DNA of 64,000 bases. It comes from Haliotis rufescens (taxonomy: Eukaryota). This document shows positions 39,619 through 52,949 of the stretch, piece after piece. Location of the stretch: contig NW_025964001.1 in NCBI RefSeq assembly GCF_023055435.1, positions 60,822,001 through 60,886,000 of the forward strand. The letters are read 5' to 3'. The notes below the pieces were generated by a model. It was not told where the DNA came from. It did not search any database and worked only from the letters and a program-made list of their open reading frames with translations. Position 1 is the stretch's first letter. Every line of letters starts with the position of its first letter. The position numbers and the translations under genes are program-made.

Positions 39619-41009
39619 AGATGGTTTCTTGAAAAGTTTTTCATTCATATTTTTCTGAAATAACTACATATCCAGCATTATATCATATCATTGTGACAGT
39701 CATAACATAATTTAAAAAAATCAAAATATTCAAAACTGACCAATCCGAGGGGAGTTAAAACCCGTCCACAGTGACCTCCCATTAACAAAATACAAGCCTA
39801 CCCACCCATCTCAGACATCACAAAGCCTTTCCAAACACCATGCCAATGTACCAACCATAAATTTCTGAGTCCTGTGATTTTAATTGAACCATGGACCTTC
39901 TGGTCCAATGTCAGATGTCTTGTACACATGACCAAAGAGGTTAACCCTGTCAGCAAGCTGAGAAGGTTAGGATGTCTTCTGTGGGAGGACTTCATGCCCT
40001 GATACACACATCAGAACATCCTTGTAATCTGGATTTAATCCTCACTAATACTGCATTTGCAAACCATCAGTTTTCCAGCAACATCCTGACTATCTCAGAT
40101 GGATTGAGGTCTGTTTTTCTGTCTCACATTTGTCAACGCCATGACATATCTTATCAGATTCATTGTTAGAAATTCTTTCACCCACATGGATGTGCCATCT
40201 TGATTGACAGTGAACAATGGCGCCAACTGAATCATTTTAATGATTCAATCAGCCATTCGTGTTCTGCATCCCATGGGGTGGGCAGGACGAACCATGTGTG
40301 TCCAATTTCAATTTTGAGGATGTAATATTTTCCATCAGGTAAATCCCTGACGATGCTCGTGTTTTGGCTGCATCACTCTCAAAGTAAAAAAAATACTTCA
40401 AACAATTGTTTGTCTGGAAAGTTGAAAAGATTCTTAAAGTAAAACTTACGCTGAAGCAGATAATAAAAAAACATTTTGTTAAAAAGAAAATTGATCACGA
40501 CTACTTTCCCTTTTGAAACCTATATTACACAGACCAATTATGTTTAATCATGTAGCTTCTTCAGAAACAAATTGTCATTTTAAAGGTGTTCACCATGCAA
40601 CTAGAAGGCTAGACTAGAAATGTGGTATTGATTTCTGAAGCATACAACTCCAGTCCATGGTCAAGGAATTGCTTCTCAAGACACTGATCTGTGTCATGGC
40701 CTGCAGGCAGACAGGGGTAGTGAACAGAATCTATGTACAGTGAAATCTGTCAATACCAGACAAGTTATTGTCCCAAATTTACTTCAAAATTCAGGGGGCA
40801 CAGGTGGCCTTTTCATCAAAGGTTCCGCAATTCACTTTGCAGAGTTGCATCCCTTGGGCATGCCACGAACCTATGACCTATAATTACTCAATTCCAAGAA
40901 AGATAGATTCAGAGCTACTGAAGATTGGCGCTTAAGTCTTATTTATTATGTATGTATACCGAACATGTAAAAGTTGCATATTAGGTGCAATGTAAATAGA
41001 TTGTTGTTA

Positions 41010-41043
<34 letters not shown>

Positions 41044-41044
<1 letters not shown>

Positions 41045-41217
41045 TGCTGGTACATCCGTCTTGATGCTCTTGTGACTCTTCCTGCTGCGAGCACTCTTCC
41101 CACTTCGGACACTGCTGCGGATGCTGCCTCTGTGTGTGGCAAGAGTGTTCTGGTAACGCTTGAGCACCTCGTCATCACTATCACTGGAGGATTCATCATC
41201 GTACTGATAGGAAGTTC
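41044..41217 (-). CDS. SYT14: SYT14-like linker exon (GTSYQYDDESSSDSDDEVLKRYQNTLATHR...DVPA)
   Basis: Acceptor gtatttcag, donor gtaat, 174 nt, phase 1-1; acidic SSSDSDDEVLKRY motif matches SYT14 SSSESEDEALGKY. Confidence 0.9.
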
Positions 41218-42430
41218 CTGAAATACAGTATCAGACACTTCTAAGTATACATTAACTGCCAGAATACAGTGTCAGACACCTCTAAGTTTGTTTGTTTGTC
41301 TGTTGTTTAATGCCGCACTCAGCAATATTCCAGCCTTATCCGGGTCTTCAGCAACCCATGCTTGCCGTAAAAGGCCACTATGCTTGTCGTAAGAGGCGAC
41401 TAACAGGATCGGGTGGTCAGGCTCGCTGACTTGGTTGATGCATGTCATCGTTTCCCAATTGCATGGGTCGATGTTCATGATGTCAATGACTGGATTGTCT
41501 GGCCCAGACTCCATTATTTACAGACCTATTATTTACAGCTGTCCTATAGCTGGAATATTGCTGAGTGCGGCGTTAAAAAACAAATAAACAAACGAACGAA
41601 ATCTGATCAGTAATATTTTTTTCAAATGACCCAGCATGTTTTTAAGCTAACTTTCAAGATTCAATTCATAATCATTGATGTAATAAATCATGAGATTTAA
41701 GGTATGAAAATTCATTTTACAGATAAACATACATTACATTTTTTTATTCACCAGAGCTACAAGAACACAGAAAGGACAAAGAACATGCATGGAATAAGAC
41801 ATAGCGTGATGTGCACACATTTGACTTCTATCATACGCGAAATTTCTGTAAATCACGCTGCAGTTGTCCTGTAAAGCTGAAACTGACAAGTTAAATATTT
41901 GTAACTACCATTCATACATTCCCAAACAGTGCTTTATCTTGTCGAAATAATCTTCTCAAGAAACTCTTACGGCACATGGCACAACATGTGTAGCTTGCAG
42001 TGAGGATTGGACAGGCTTTCTGCCCTAGAAGGAATTGATTATCTGTCAAACTGATTCCAGCTCCATGTTTCTCAATGTGCTGAAAGTAATTGAGTAATCA
42101 TCACATAGCTGTGATACAATTATGTCTAGTGAAAAGAAAATTCTTTTTCATATCTGCAACAACTTTATTGAATTAGACATCAGACGAAAAATACAGGAAA
42201 TACCGTGTTTGTAATGAGTGACCTGGCGTCTGCTCCCTCTTAAATCCGGTACACAGAAATAGTGAAGTAAGCAGATCACACCATTTTCACACACTACACA
42301 AATATAGCTTCTATAGGTTCATTTATCAGTCACTGTCCCTTTCCTGCCTGAATTACAGCAATATTTAAACAAGCCTGGCACTCATAGATCAACTGATGCA
42401 AATGAAGATCAACCTCTGATAATTGGTGAC

Positions 42431-42901
42431 TAGGGTTGCGACAGGTACTCGAGTACCCGATAACGGGTGGGGTAGCCTAGGACTCGAGTACCTGTTCAGG
42501 GGAGATAACTTGTAAGTCACTTCAAAATGGACGACAAAGCGGACAAACGTTCAAATGTTTGGGCGTATTCTGACCTTGATGACACAAAGAAAAAGACCAA
42601 ATGCCGTCTCTGTGGCATATGTATCAGCTACGCAGGTAGTTCGACGAGTTCCATGAAAAAGCATCTAAGTTTTAAACACAAGAGCATTTACTTTGATATT
42701 CTGCGTCACTTGTGGTTTTAGGGAAGCCATGCAGGCATTTAATAAAAAACATAATACCTTAGAATAGATCAATAGATGACCTTTTTTTTGCAAAAGCATT
42801 ACAAACAAGTGGGACAACATTGAACTACGGGTACTCGAGTCCGGTTCGGGTATTGTTTGTCGGGTACTCGAGTTCAGTTTTCGTACCCGGTCGCAACCCT
42901 A
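42431..42901 (+). mobile_element. Non-autonomous hAT transposon retaining a BED zinc-finger ORF (42527-42721)
   Basis: TIR tagggttgcgac...gtcgcaacccta, 8-bp TSD ttggtgac/tttgtgac; ORF has VWAY...CRLC...STSSMKKHLSFKH. Confidence 0.9.
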
Positions 42902-43849
42902 TTTGTGACCACCATCTTTCCCTCTGATCAGTTAACCAGCATCCATGTGTAAAGTGCCAGCACACCTACATGTACCAGCATCTTGTGCTTGTGCTTGTGA
43001 AGGTAGGGCAACAAAGAGTGTGGTTGGTTTGTTTGTTTGCTTGCTTGCTTGCTTAACGCTGCACTCAGCAATATTATAGCTATATGACGGCGGCCTGTAA
43101 ATAATCAAATCAAGACCACAAAATCCAGTGATTGACATCATGAGCATCAATCCACGCAATTAGGATACAATGACATGCATCAACCAAGTCAGTGAGCCTG
43201 ACGACCCGATCCCGTTAGCAGCCTCTTACAAGAAACATGGGTTGCTGAAGACTTATTCTAACCCGGATCTTCACTGATCCAACAGTGTGTGAGTTTGGTT
43301 TAACACCGCTTTGAACAGTATTCCAGTTATATCACAGCGTGTCAGCTTAATATGGAGAGAAAGTCATGCAGTTGATGCATTTACTACTTTGGTAAAGCAC
43401 ACGTATGGTGCTGACAAACCTAGAAACGTAATCGGTGCCAACTGGAATTCGAACCCACGATCATACGTTGCTGAAGTGGCCATGGCAAGAATATTTTGTT
43501 GGTATCCTGTATGTAAAGCCCTTCATCTACCGGCTGAAGAGTTCATGTAGTCAACATTGATGTGTCTCACTCGATCGCTGGCAACCCACATCAGATGTAA
43601 CTCTGCCTTGGATCAGCGGACAACTACACTTGCTACAGAACCACATAGCTGCTATGGGGTCATTACAACCAGGGATTTCCTCGTAGGGGCAAATGTTTAC
43701 TGAGTAGGAACATTATCTGCCGCTGAAATTTCATTCATCCAAAGGGATAGATTTCTTGAGGGCACAAGGCTGTCTTTCTTATCAACTTCCTCAATATAAC
43801 ATCATGTCATGATTATTCCCCCTCTTATAAAGAGAACCATCCATAATGC

Positions 43850-44113
43850 GGTGAGGTGAAATGGGGTTTAACGTCGCGTCCAAGAATACTGCACTTAAAT
43901 TATAGTTCCAACCCCCTGAGATACCATGCTGCAGTTTAACATGAATACCCCACTCAGACACAGTAAACTGACTCCGAGCTGACCAGGCCTTGCTTTAGCC
44001 CTTAATGCCGAGTGCCAGACAGGGTAACAACAAGTACCACCTTTTTAACGATTGAACCCTGGACCTTCCACTCTCCAGGCGGACGCTCTACCACAAGACC
44101 GTGGAGGCGGTCC
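43850..44113 (-). mobile_element. SINE family D (tRNA head plus Meta/MESC-like core); other copies near 24505-24718, 49715-49950 and 52560-52840
   Basis: Minus strand: GACCGCCTCCACGGTCTTGTGGTAGAGCG head, core TGGTACTTGTTGTTACCCTGTCTGGCACTCGGCATTAAGGG, (CACCT)n tail. Confidence 0.75.
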
Positions 44114-44226
44114 CCTCCAAAATGAACTCAATATGACTGTGGTTACATTAAAAGAATAGGAGCAGAATTTACATGCAATAGTAGGATGGCACCCCTTCAC
44201 CATCAGAACTCCAGCTTGTTGTCGGT

Positions 44227-44622
44227 TAGGGCGGGGACGAGTCCAAATTTACTACCCGGGTACCCACCCCCCTATTACCCGACCCTACCCGGGTACCCAC
44301 TGTAGGTCTCAAGAGATAGGTACAAAATGTCCGATTGGGCATTTTTTTACCATAGCACTGGCAAAACATATTTAGATACATGTATTAAACAATCTAGTCA
44401 TGGATACACTGAAGTTGACTCAAGTTATATCTTTATTCAAAGAAAGTCAGAAGGAATGGGTTCATAGCCAGAAAAAAATGAGAACATTTGTGACTTGTAG
44501 TGTAACCATAGAGTAAACAAAATATCACGTGACTAATCACGGGTCCGGGTAGTCCTGTGGGTACCCGGGTCCTACTCAGTACCCACCCGACCCGGGTACC
44601 CGAGTTACCCATCCCAGCCCTA
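44227..44622. mobile_element. hAT-like MITE (TAGGG...CCCTA); partial copies at about 8143-8487 and 23215-23245
   Basis: Termini tagggcggggacg and catcccagcccta, subterminal gggtaccc repeats, a second homologous copy in the window. Confidence 0.8.
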
Positions 44623-44864
44623 TTGTATACATATCTATATCTATACTACCTTCAAGGAATTGTTATCGCTTTGAAAAAGGATCCAATATAGCTTGTGTGT
44701 ATATAGTGGATTATCATACCTCCATGTCAGAATGATGAGATCTGACTGGTCCACGTGATCTTGATAAAAGACTGTGTAACCCATCTTGGCCCCACCCCTG
44801 GCACGTGGTATAAAACCTAACGCGGGACCCATAAAACCCCATGTACCCCTTGTGATCCTGCTAC

Positions 44865-45478
44865 CAGTGTCCAACCCAGACCGCGCGATTACGAGTTACG
44901 TCCCTTGGGTTCCTGAATAAATTATCGACAGGATTTGAATAGGAAACGCAATTTAATTTACTTTAGTAGAAAGCGTATCAAAACTTTGATCAAAATTATG
45001 TTGTATTTTGTTGTTTAGTAATCAAAAACCTTTGACAAGATGTTAAAAACAATAAATATTCTATCTTGAATAGTTCTGAAAATATTTTTGATCATTTTAG
45101 TTCGTTTTAGTTTCGTTTCTGAAATCACACGATATGAATCGCCGACTGTCATTGCAGACGATCTTTTGAATAGTGAAAATGTCGCGCAAAAACAAAAAAA
45201 ATACAGACTTTTTTAATCAAAATAGATGTTCTAAAAAAGACAATGATGAAACCACAGTCACTGTAATTACTACTGATAGAAAAAATCACAAAGCATTGTT
45301 ATTCATTTCAGTTCTTTATTCTGAGCTGTTACACTTTTATATGTTCCAGTACATAATACAAAATAAGACATTTTTGAAGAAAGCAGTTATTCCCCCCTAC
45401 TTTTTCAAAATCCCCCCTATTTTCTACATGATGGGGGGACAAGTCACCCCTTGATTTTCAATTCTGGGTTGGACACTG
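44865..45478. mobile_element. MITE with a 16-bp perfect TIR and 6-bp TSD
   Basis: cagtgtccaacccaga ... tctgggttggacactg; TSD tgctac. Confidence 0.88.
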
Positions 45479-46429
45479 TGCTACAACGTATAGTGTCCAG
45501 CAATCACATACAGACGTTTCAGTGTAGTGGGGGCTTATTACCCTGGGTCTAGCATTAACGAATGCCACTAAGCCCTGGACCTTTCTTTTCCATTAAGTCT
45601 GGCCTTGGCAAATGTCCAGATAAATACTTGCATGACATTTAGTCGTATGTATATAAATTGTTTAAGTATCCATTGATGTCCCAGATGACAGTGAAGCAAC
45701 ATGTCTTCTTTGCCTTTCATCAAACATTATTGACCTTAGTGATTGCCAACGAAATTGAACACACACAAAATGTAAAATAAAAAAAGAATTTAAATACTTT
45801 TTACTTAAATCAGATTTTAAAGCAAAGACATCACATATTTGAAGAAATGATTCTTTAGAAACAATATGCTCATGAAGAGCATTTTTCTAAATATGTAACA
45901 CACTCCTGAACACCTATTAAAGGCAAGTCAATTTGAACTAAACCTTAACTATTTTTAAATTCACAATTGTCTTACCAGTCTTCTAGAGATCAATAGTAAT
46001 TTAAAATTTCAGCTAAACCTATATGGCCATATTCCTGCGGAGATAATTACTGTGCTTGTAAAAATGAGATCAAGTCTCCAAGGGCAGGATAAACCTAATT
46101 CCAGAAGTGGATCATGTGCTTGATCAATAAAGCTGTTTGGATTCTCTCTCCCAGCCATCAGACTACAGAGGAGAAGACATGGCCAATGAAACTGTGCCAC
46201 CGCCCTTGTCCTGCAGCATGGCTGTAGGGACATCACGCCATGACCTCAAACAATGTTTACAGGAAGCAAAAAGGAAGGTTAAAATGTCTGATGAATATTT
46301 TGCATATTAATGACAACTCTTACAAGTTGTTAGTCATCCTTCTCCAACTCCCAAACCCAAAATGACTGTCTTTCATGTATATTTCTATTCGGGAGGCATG
46401 CCATGCTCTGGCAGTTGTGTAATGAGAGA

Positions 46430-48180
46430 ATGACACGGGACAGACAGGTCATGACACAGGACAGACAGGCCATGACACAGGACAGACAGGCCATGACACA
46501 GGACAGACAGGCCATGACACAGGACAGACAGGTCATGACACAGGACAGACAGGCCATGACACAGTTCAGACAGGTCATGACACAGTTCAAACAGGCCATG
46601 ACACAGGACAGACAGGCCATGACACAGGACAGACAGGTCATGACACAGGACAGACAGGTCATGACACAGGACAGACAGGCCATGACACAGGACAGACAGG
46701 TCATGACACAGGACAGACAGGTCATGACACAGGACAGACAGGCCATGACACAGTTCAGACAGGCCATGACACAGGACAGACAGGTCATGACACAGTTCAA
46801 ACAGGCCATGACAGGACAGACAGACGGGCCATGACACAGTTCAGACAGAGAGGCCATGACACAGTTCAGACAGACAGGTCATGACAGGACAGACAGGGGC
46901 TGAATGATGCAGATCAGATACAGCTGGGTACAGTTTAGACAGGCCATGACACAGTTCAGACAGGCCATGACACAGTTCAGACAGGCCATGACACAGGACA
47001 GACAGGTCATGACAGGACAGACAGGCCATGACACAGGACAGACAGGGGCTGAATGATGCAGATCAGATATGGCCGGGTACAGTTCAGACAGGCCATGATA
47101 CAGTTCAGACAGGCCATGACACAGGACAGACAGGGGCTGAATGATGCAGATCAGATACAGCTGGGTACAGTTTAGAAAGGCCATGACACAGTTCAGACAG
47201 GTCATGACACAGTTCAGACAGGCCATGACACAGTTCAGACAGGCCATGACACAGGACAGACAGAAAGGCCATGACACAGTTCAGACAGGCCATGACACAG
47301 AGCAGACACGCCATGACACAGGACAGACATGCCATGTCACAGGACAGACAGGTCATGATAAAGGACAGACAGGCCATGACACAGTTCAGACATGCCATGA
47401 CACAGGACAGACAGACAGGCCATGACACAGTTCAGACATGCCATGATACAGGACAGACAGGCCATGACACAGTTCAGACAGGCCATGACACAGGACAGAC
47501 AGGTCATGACACAGGACAGACAGGCCATGACACAGTTCAGACAGGTCATGACACAGGACAGACAGACAGGACAGACAGACAGGTCATGACACAGTTCAGA
47601 CAGGTCATGACACAGGACAGGCAGGTCATGACACAGGACAGGCAGGTCATGACACAGGACAGACAGGTCATGACACAGGACAGACAGGCCATGACACAGG
47701 ACAGACAGGCCATGACACAGTTCAGACAGACAGGCCATGACACAGGACAGACAGACAGGTCATGACACAGTTCAGACAGGCCATGACACAGGACAGACAG
47801 GTCATGACACAGGACAGGCAGGTCATGACACAGGACAGGCAGGTCATGACACAGAACAGACAGGTCATGACACAGGACAGACAGGCCATGAAACAGGACA
47901 GACAGGCCATGACACAGTTCAGACAGACAGGCCATGAAACAGGACAGACAGGCCATGACACAGTTCAGACAGACAGGCCATGACACAGGACAGACAGACA
48001 GGACAGACAGACAGGTCATGACACAGGACAGACAGGTCATGACACAGGACAGACAGGTCATGACACAGGACAGACAGGCCATGACACAGGACAGACAGGC
48101 CATGATACAGGACAGACAGGTCATGACACAGTTCAGACATGCCATGACACTGGACAGACAGACAGGCCAGGACACAGGAC
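46430..48180. repeat. 21-bp minisatellite with three embedded ggggctgaatgatgcagatcagata inserts
   Basis: Unit catgacacaggacagacagg(c/t) with gttcaga variants. Confidence 0.97.
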
Positions 48181-49189
48181 ATGTAGCTCATTAGCTAGTG
48201 AATAAATCATCTCACAAACAAGGTATAAGCCCACCTCACAATGGATCTAATCAAAACAAACATATATTATTGATGCATATGAAGCAGTGCAGAAATAACA
48301 ATGTGGAAGCCATCAGGACCTCGTCATGGACACCACCTCCTTCAAGTCTCGAGCATCATAGACTTGAATTTAGTTTAAGATGTACTATGTAACACTAGTT
48401 CCAAGGCTTAACTGGTGTGTTCAAACTAATACACAGACCATATCTCATTGAATTAGCAGATCAGGTGCATCAACTTCACCTTCGGTAATTAATAGATATC
48501 GAACCACAAGGCTCTGTAGCTCACCATGATTTATGAAGAAATAATTTTTATGACACTTCAACTTTATTTTGTTTTATTACTTCCAGAGTAAATCAGTGCA
48601 AAAGATTTTGGGGAAAGAAAAAAATTGACTTATGCAACATCGTTTTCAGTATAAAATATTGATGCCTTGAAGAAACATGACTTTGATGGCTTATTGTAGT
48701 CATTACATTCACACAAAGGTTAAGCCCTGTGAACTGTGGTTCTTAACAATAACATTTATAAACTTTTTTAAAAATTTATTTTGATATTTGAAGAAATAAA
48801 AACTTAAAAATTCACACTGATTTGAACAGAGGGTTTTCCATAAAAGGAACCACTTGCGCTTCATCAGTCAAGTAGTCTCAGAGAAGACAGTTCACATCAT
48901 GTTAAAAGTGCAAAGCTCACACGAGCATGTCTCTTTTCAGTAGTCTGTCACAAAAAAGATCCAAGTCTTTGAAGTGTTGCAGGTCCCTAGCCCTTGAATC
49001 GACAGCAGAACAAATGCCTTTAACCAGCCACTGGTTAACTGACAAATTGGCAAAACTGCTGGCCGACGTCCGTTGACAATCTAGGCCTGTTTCAATTTGT
49101 TGCCATGCACTTCACATACTATATATTAAGTTTCATAATGATACATCCAGAAATATTATGGCCCAAAATGACATTTCATGTTTAAAATC

Positions 49190-49620
49190 AGATCGGAATT
49201 CTGTTTTTCAAGATCTGCTCTGGAATCGAGCAGTACCACCATATTCAGTCTGAGTCAAAGTCATTGCCATGGAAATTCAAAATATAAAGTTTAAAAAAAT
49301 CCCAAACTGTCAAAAGGTGCAAGTTTACCACTAGACCTATCTATGTGCCAAGTTTGGTGAAAACATATTGTACAGTTTTCAAGATCTGCTAGCGCCCTTT
49401 TCAATCTTAGTCAAAGTTGTTGCCATGGAAACTAAAAAAACACATTTTCAAAAATCCCAAATTATCAAAATGCCCCAGTTCACCACCAGACCTACCTATG
49501 TGCCAAGTTTGGTTAAGATAGATCTCATGTTTTTTTAGTTCTGTTCCAGAAACGAAACGTGACGGACAGACAGCACCCATTCAAATATCCCCCTTCCACT
49601 TCATGGTGGGGAGTAATAAT
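49190..49620 (+). mobile_element. Helentron/HINE-like non-autonomous element; related copy at about 4215-4532
   Basis: Internal duplicated core, gacggacagac microsatellite, 3' palindrome atatcccc...gggg before an A-rich end. Confidence 0.55.
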
Positions 49621-50540
49621 GAAACTCAGTGATATATGGGATGGAACAAGTTGGCCAGTGAATGTAGACATATAACCGAGTTGTTTGGGGTATACAAGAA
49701 GTGTCTTATGTGAGATGAGATGGAACAGGGTGTCACGTCACATCTTGTCCTCGTCCATACTACTGCTGGTTGTACAGCACTTTCACTTACACATATTATA
49801 CTGACTGCAAGTCAACCAGTCCCAGTTTTATCCCCTTAATGATGTGCAGCAGGCAGGGAAACAACAAGTGCCATCTCTGAAAACCTTTTTGTACGATGCG
49901 GCCATGGATCGAACACTGACACTCTATCCACTACACCACCGAGCTGGTCAAGTGTTTCAAGTGTATAATGTATGGTTGGGTAGACATAAATGTTTAGCAG
50001 ATCGAACAGCATAGTTTTCTAAAAAATTAAAATTAACACACAAAAAATAATTAAAATTAACTCCAGGTTTTGATGACGGAGTCAATGAGTCAGATCTTAA
50101 CGTCATCACAGTTAAAAGCAGACAATAAGTATTTTTATTTTCAGCTCCAAATCAATGCCTCGAGCTGAGAGTATTTAATTTCACCGTTACTTGGACATTC
50201 GAGGAACATACTGCTTTGACATTTCCACAAATCTACAGCTTGTACAAGTGAAATGATATAAGGTATCATTTCCTCGACAGCATGGACACCACCTGATGTG
50301 GGGGGGTTGAACAGAAAATATATATACCAGAGCTGTATGCTCTGTAGGTTGTCACAAGGCCATTTGTGAAAAAAAAGATTAAATACATATATCCTGAATG
50401 AAGAGCATGCTATGGTTGAGGGTATGGTATTTGTTAACATGCTTCCTACAAAGCAGAGTAACCCAGAGTAACAGATATGGAATGAGACAGTCGTGCTCTG
50501 ATAGGTCCATCACCCGCCCAAATTGCAATACAATACAAAC

Positions 50541-50826
50541 CATTGACTACAACGGAGTCTGTGTTCTCATCTTTCTTCCTCCGTTTGGCCGCTGCTTTCT
50601 TCTTCCTCTCGTCTGACCCTTTAGCTGTGCTGGCCGAGTGGTCACTCAGGCCGGAGGTAGATTTCTTTAGCCCATGAGTGATACAGTCAGTTTCGTCACA
50701 ACTGCTGTCATATCCCCTGGCTTGTTGGGACTTGGGCTCGGTGGGGGACTTCTGACTGAACCCACAGCACAGGGCCAGCAAACTTTTTGTCGAGAAGTCG
50801 AATCCCGAGAGTTTATTACCGAACAT
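50541..50826 (-). CDS. Candidate alternative first coding exon of SYT14 (MFGNKLSGFDFSTKSLLALCCGFSQK...RKKKAAAKRRKKDENTDSVVVN)
   Basis: ATG at 50826, 95 open codons in non-repetitive DNA, donor AATG|gtttgt in phase 1, matching the phase-1 acceptor at 41217. Confidence 0.5.
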
Positions 50827-52949
50827 CGACACCACAGCTATAACCCTCCTCCAGTACTACATCCTACACGAGAAACATCTCGTATCAATACTTCCGCTAT
50901 TCCTGAGTGGCAGGCAGTGCCATTCACAAGAAGCTGCTTCGTTGGCAATGGTTGCAGCACACACAGGCAATATATGGTAATCCCTGAAGACTGGAATGTA
51001 AAATTTCTCCCTCAATCCAAACCATGAATCAATGGCAGAACTCCAGTGTGGAACAGCCAGCAAGGAACATAACGTGTAATCCTCTCACATCAACACCACA
51101 TACCAAGAGGTCCATTACATGGATGCACTCTTATCATCTCCAAAGGAAAACTTTGACAGAAAGGTTTATCCTTGTCCAGCATGCGTCCATCAGAAAAACT
51201 GGGATCCTTCGTTGTTCTAGGTGTGACACCACTGGCAATGCAGCATTGTCTAAAAAAGACCCTGCATCCTTGCATTCCACCTCTCCATGTCACAAACCAG
51301 CTACACAAACTAGACTTAAGCTATCGCATGGTCTGCTAAACGACCTGTAAACACTGGGCGATATTGATTTGCCAAGGGAGGCAATCCCATCTACACACTG
51401 ATCACAGCAGGTGAATTGTGACACACTAGAATTCTCATCAGTGAGTTGCGGAAGCAAATAAATCAATGATACAAGCAAATATGGCCATCCTTAATTCAAT
51501 TAGTTTGTTTGTTTGTTGTATAACACCGCATTCAGTAATATTCCAGCTACATAACTGTAATTCAATTAGTTGGAAATGTCATCTCAAAAACTGCTTCTAA
51601 TATTTAAGGTCAAATCTCAGAATTGTAATACAGTCAAAACACTGTTATCCCAAATGTTCCAATATCACGAACTTTTCACGGGTCCCAACCACCTCCCTAC
51701 ACCAATGCATATAAATTTGTCTTCTTACTTCAAGTTCGAGATATAAATACAAAGTGCTGTCTTGAAACTTGGACTCATTCCCAATTTTGACTACAATAGA
51801 ATTTTGTTGTGTTGTGTACATAATTAGATTTGTGGGAAATCATATTGCTATTGATCTATAATACTGTTACTTCATCTGCCTGGATGTCTATGTCTCATAT
51901 ATATATCGGATATATCAGATATCATGGTCCTCTGTGTTCAAGACAATGAGGTTCAACTGTATATCCAAGGACTTGATTCACTATCTCAAGAAGAGATATT
52001 CTCGACAAATCAGTTTTAGGCAGAGGTGTTTAGGTATGTGACTAAAGGCACGGTTTACGTAGGCTAAAAAACACAGGAGCTCAAAACTCCTTGACCTCCT
52101 TAAGACAGCAATATTATTGATTGATCAATATTTACTCATGACCTCTGTCATGCCTTGTGAAACGCTACAGCAGCTTAAAATGGCAACAGAACGGCAGAAC
52201 TTCTGCAATTCTTTGGCAACAGCGATGATCTCGTAGGTACACCGTTTCCATAGCTGTGTTCAGCGGGTGATGCAAGAGGACTGGGCAGTCTACTTAAAGA
52301 TCTATTGCTCACACATCACTCATTGTAAGGCGATAGCAATTAGATTCTTACACTGCTACTCCCAAGTCAATCCATACATGCTGCTAGAACCAGCTAATTC
52401 TTATCAATAATTGATATCAACAGCTTTGTTTGAGACAGCCTTACCGGACAGCAGTACCCTTGTGTTCTTCTGACGCTGAGTTAATTATGCAACTTTCACA
52501 CAGACCATCAGTTGACAGACCCAGGGTTTAACACAGCGTACACAGTATTTAATTGATATCCTGGTGTAGTCAGCTTAATGTTGGAGGCGTGGTGCATGCA
52601 GGTGTGTGTGGCTGCTTGTACTAGTCCGGACTGATGCTGATTTATAGTGCTCGTCCACTGAGATACCAGTGCAGATGTAACATGAATACCCCTCTCAGAC
52701 ACAGTATACTGATTCTGAGATGACCAGTCCTTGTTTTAGCCCCTTAATGCCAAGTGCCAGGCAGGGTAACAACAAGTACCATCTTTTAACGTCTTTTGGT
52801 ATGACGCAGTTGTTGATAAAACTTCGGGTGGACGCTCTGCACAACATATTGCGGCACAAAGGATGACTGAACCCCCTGTGCCCTTGTGCCCCTACTGACA
52901 GGATGAATAATTATCATTCACATAGCACAGCTGTATGTAATACAGGACA

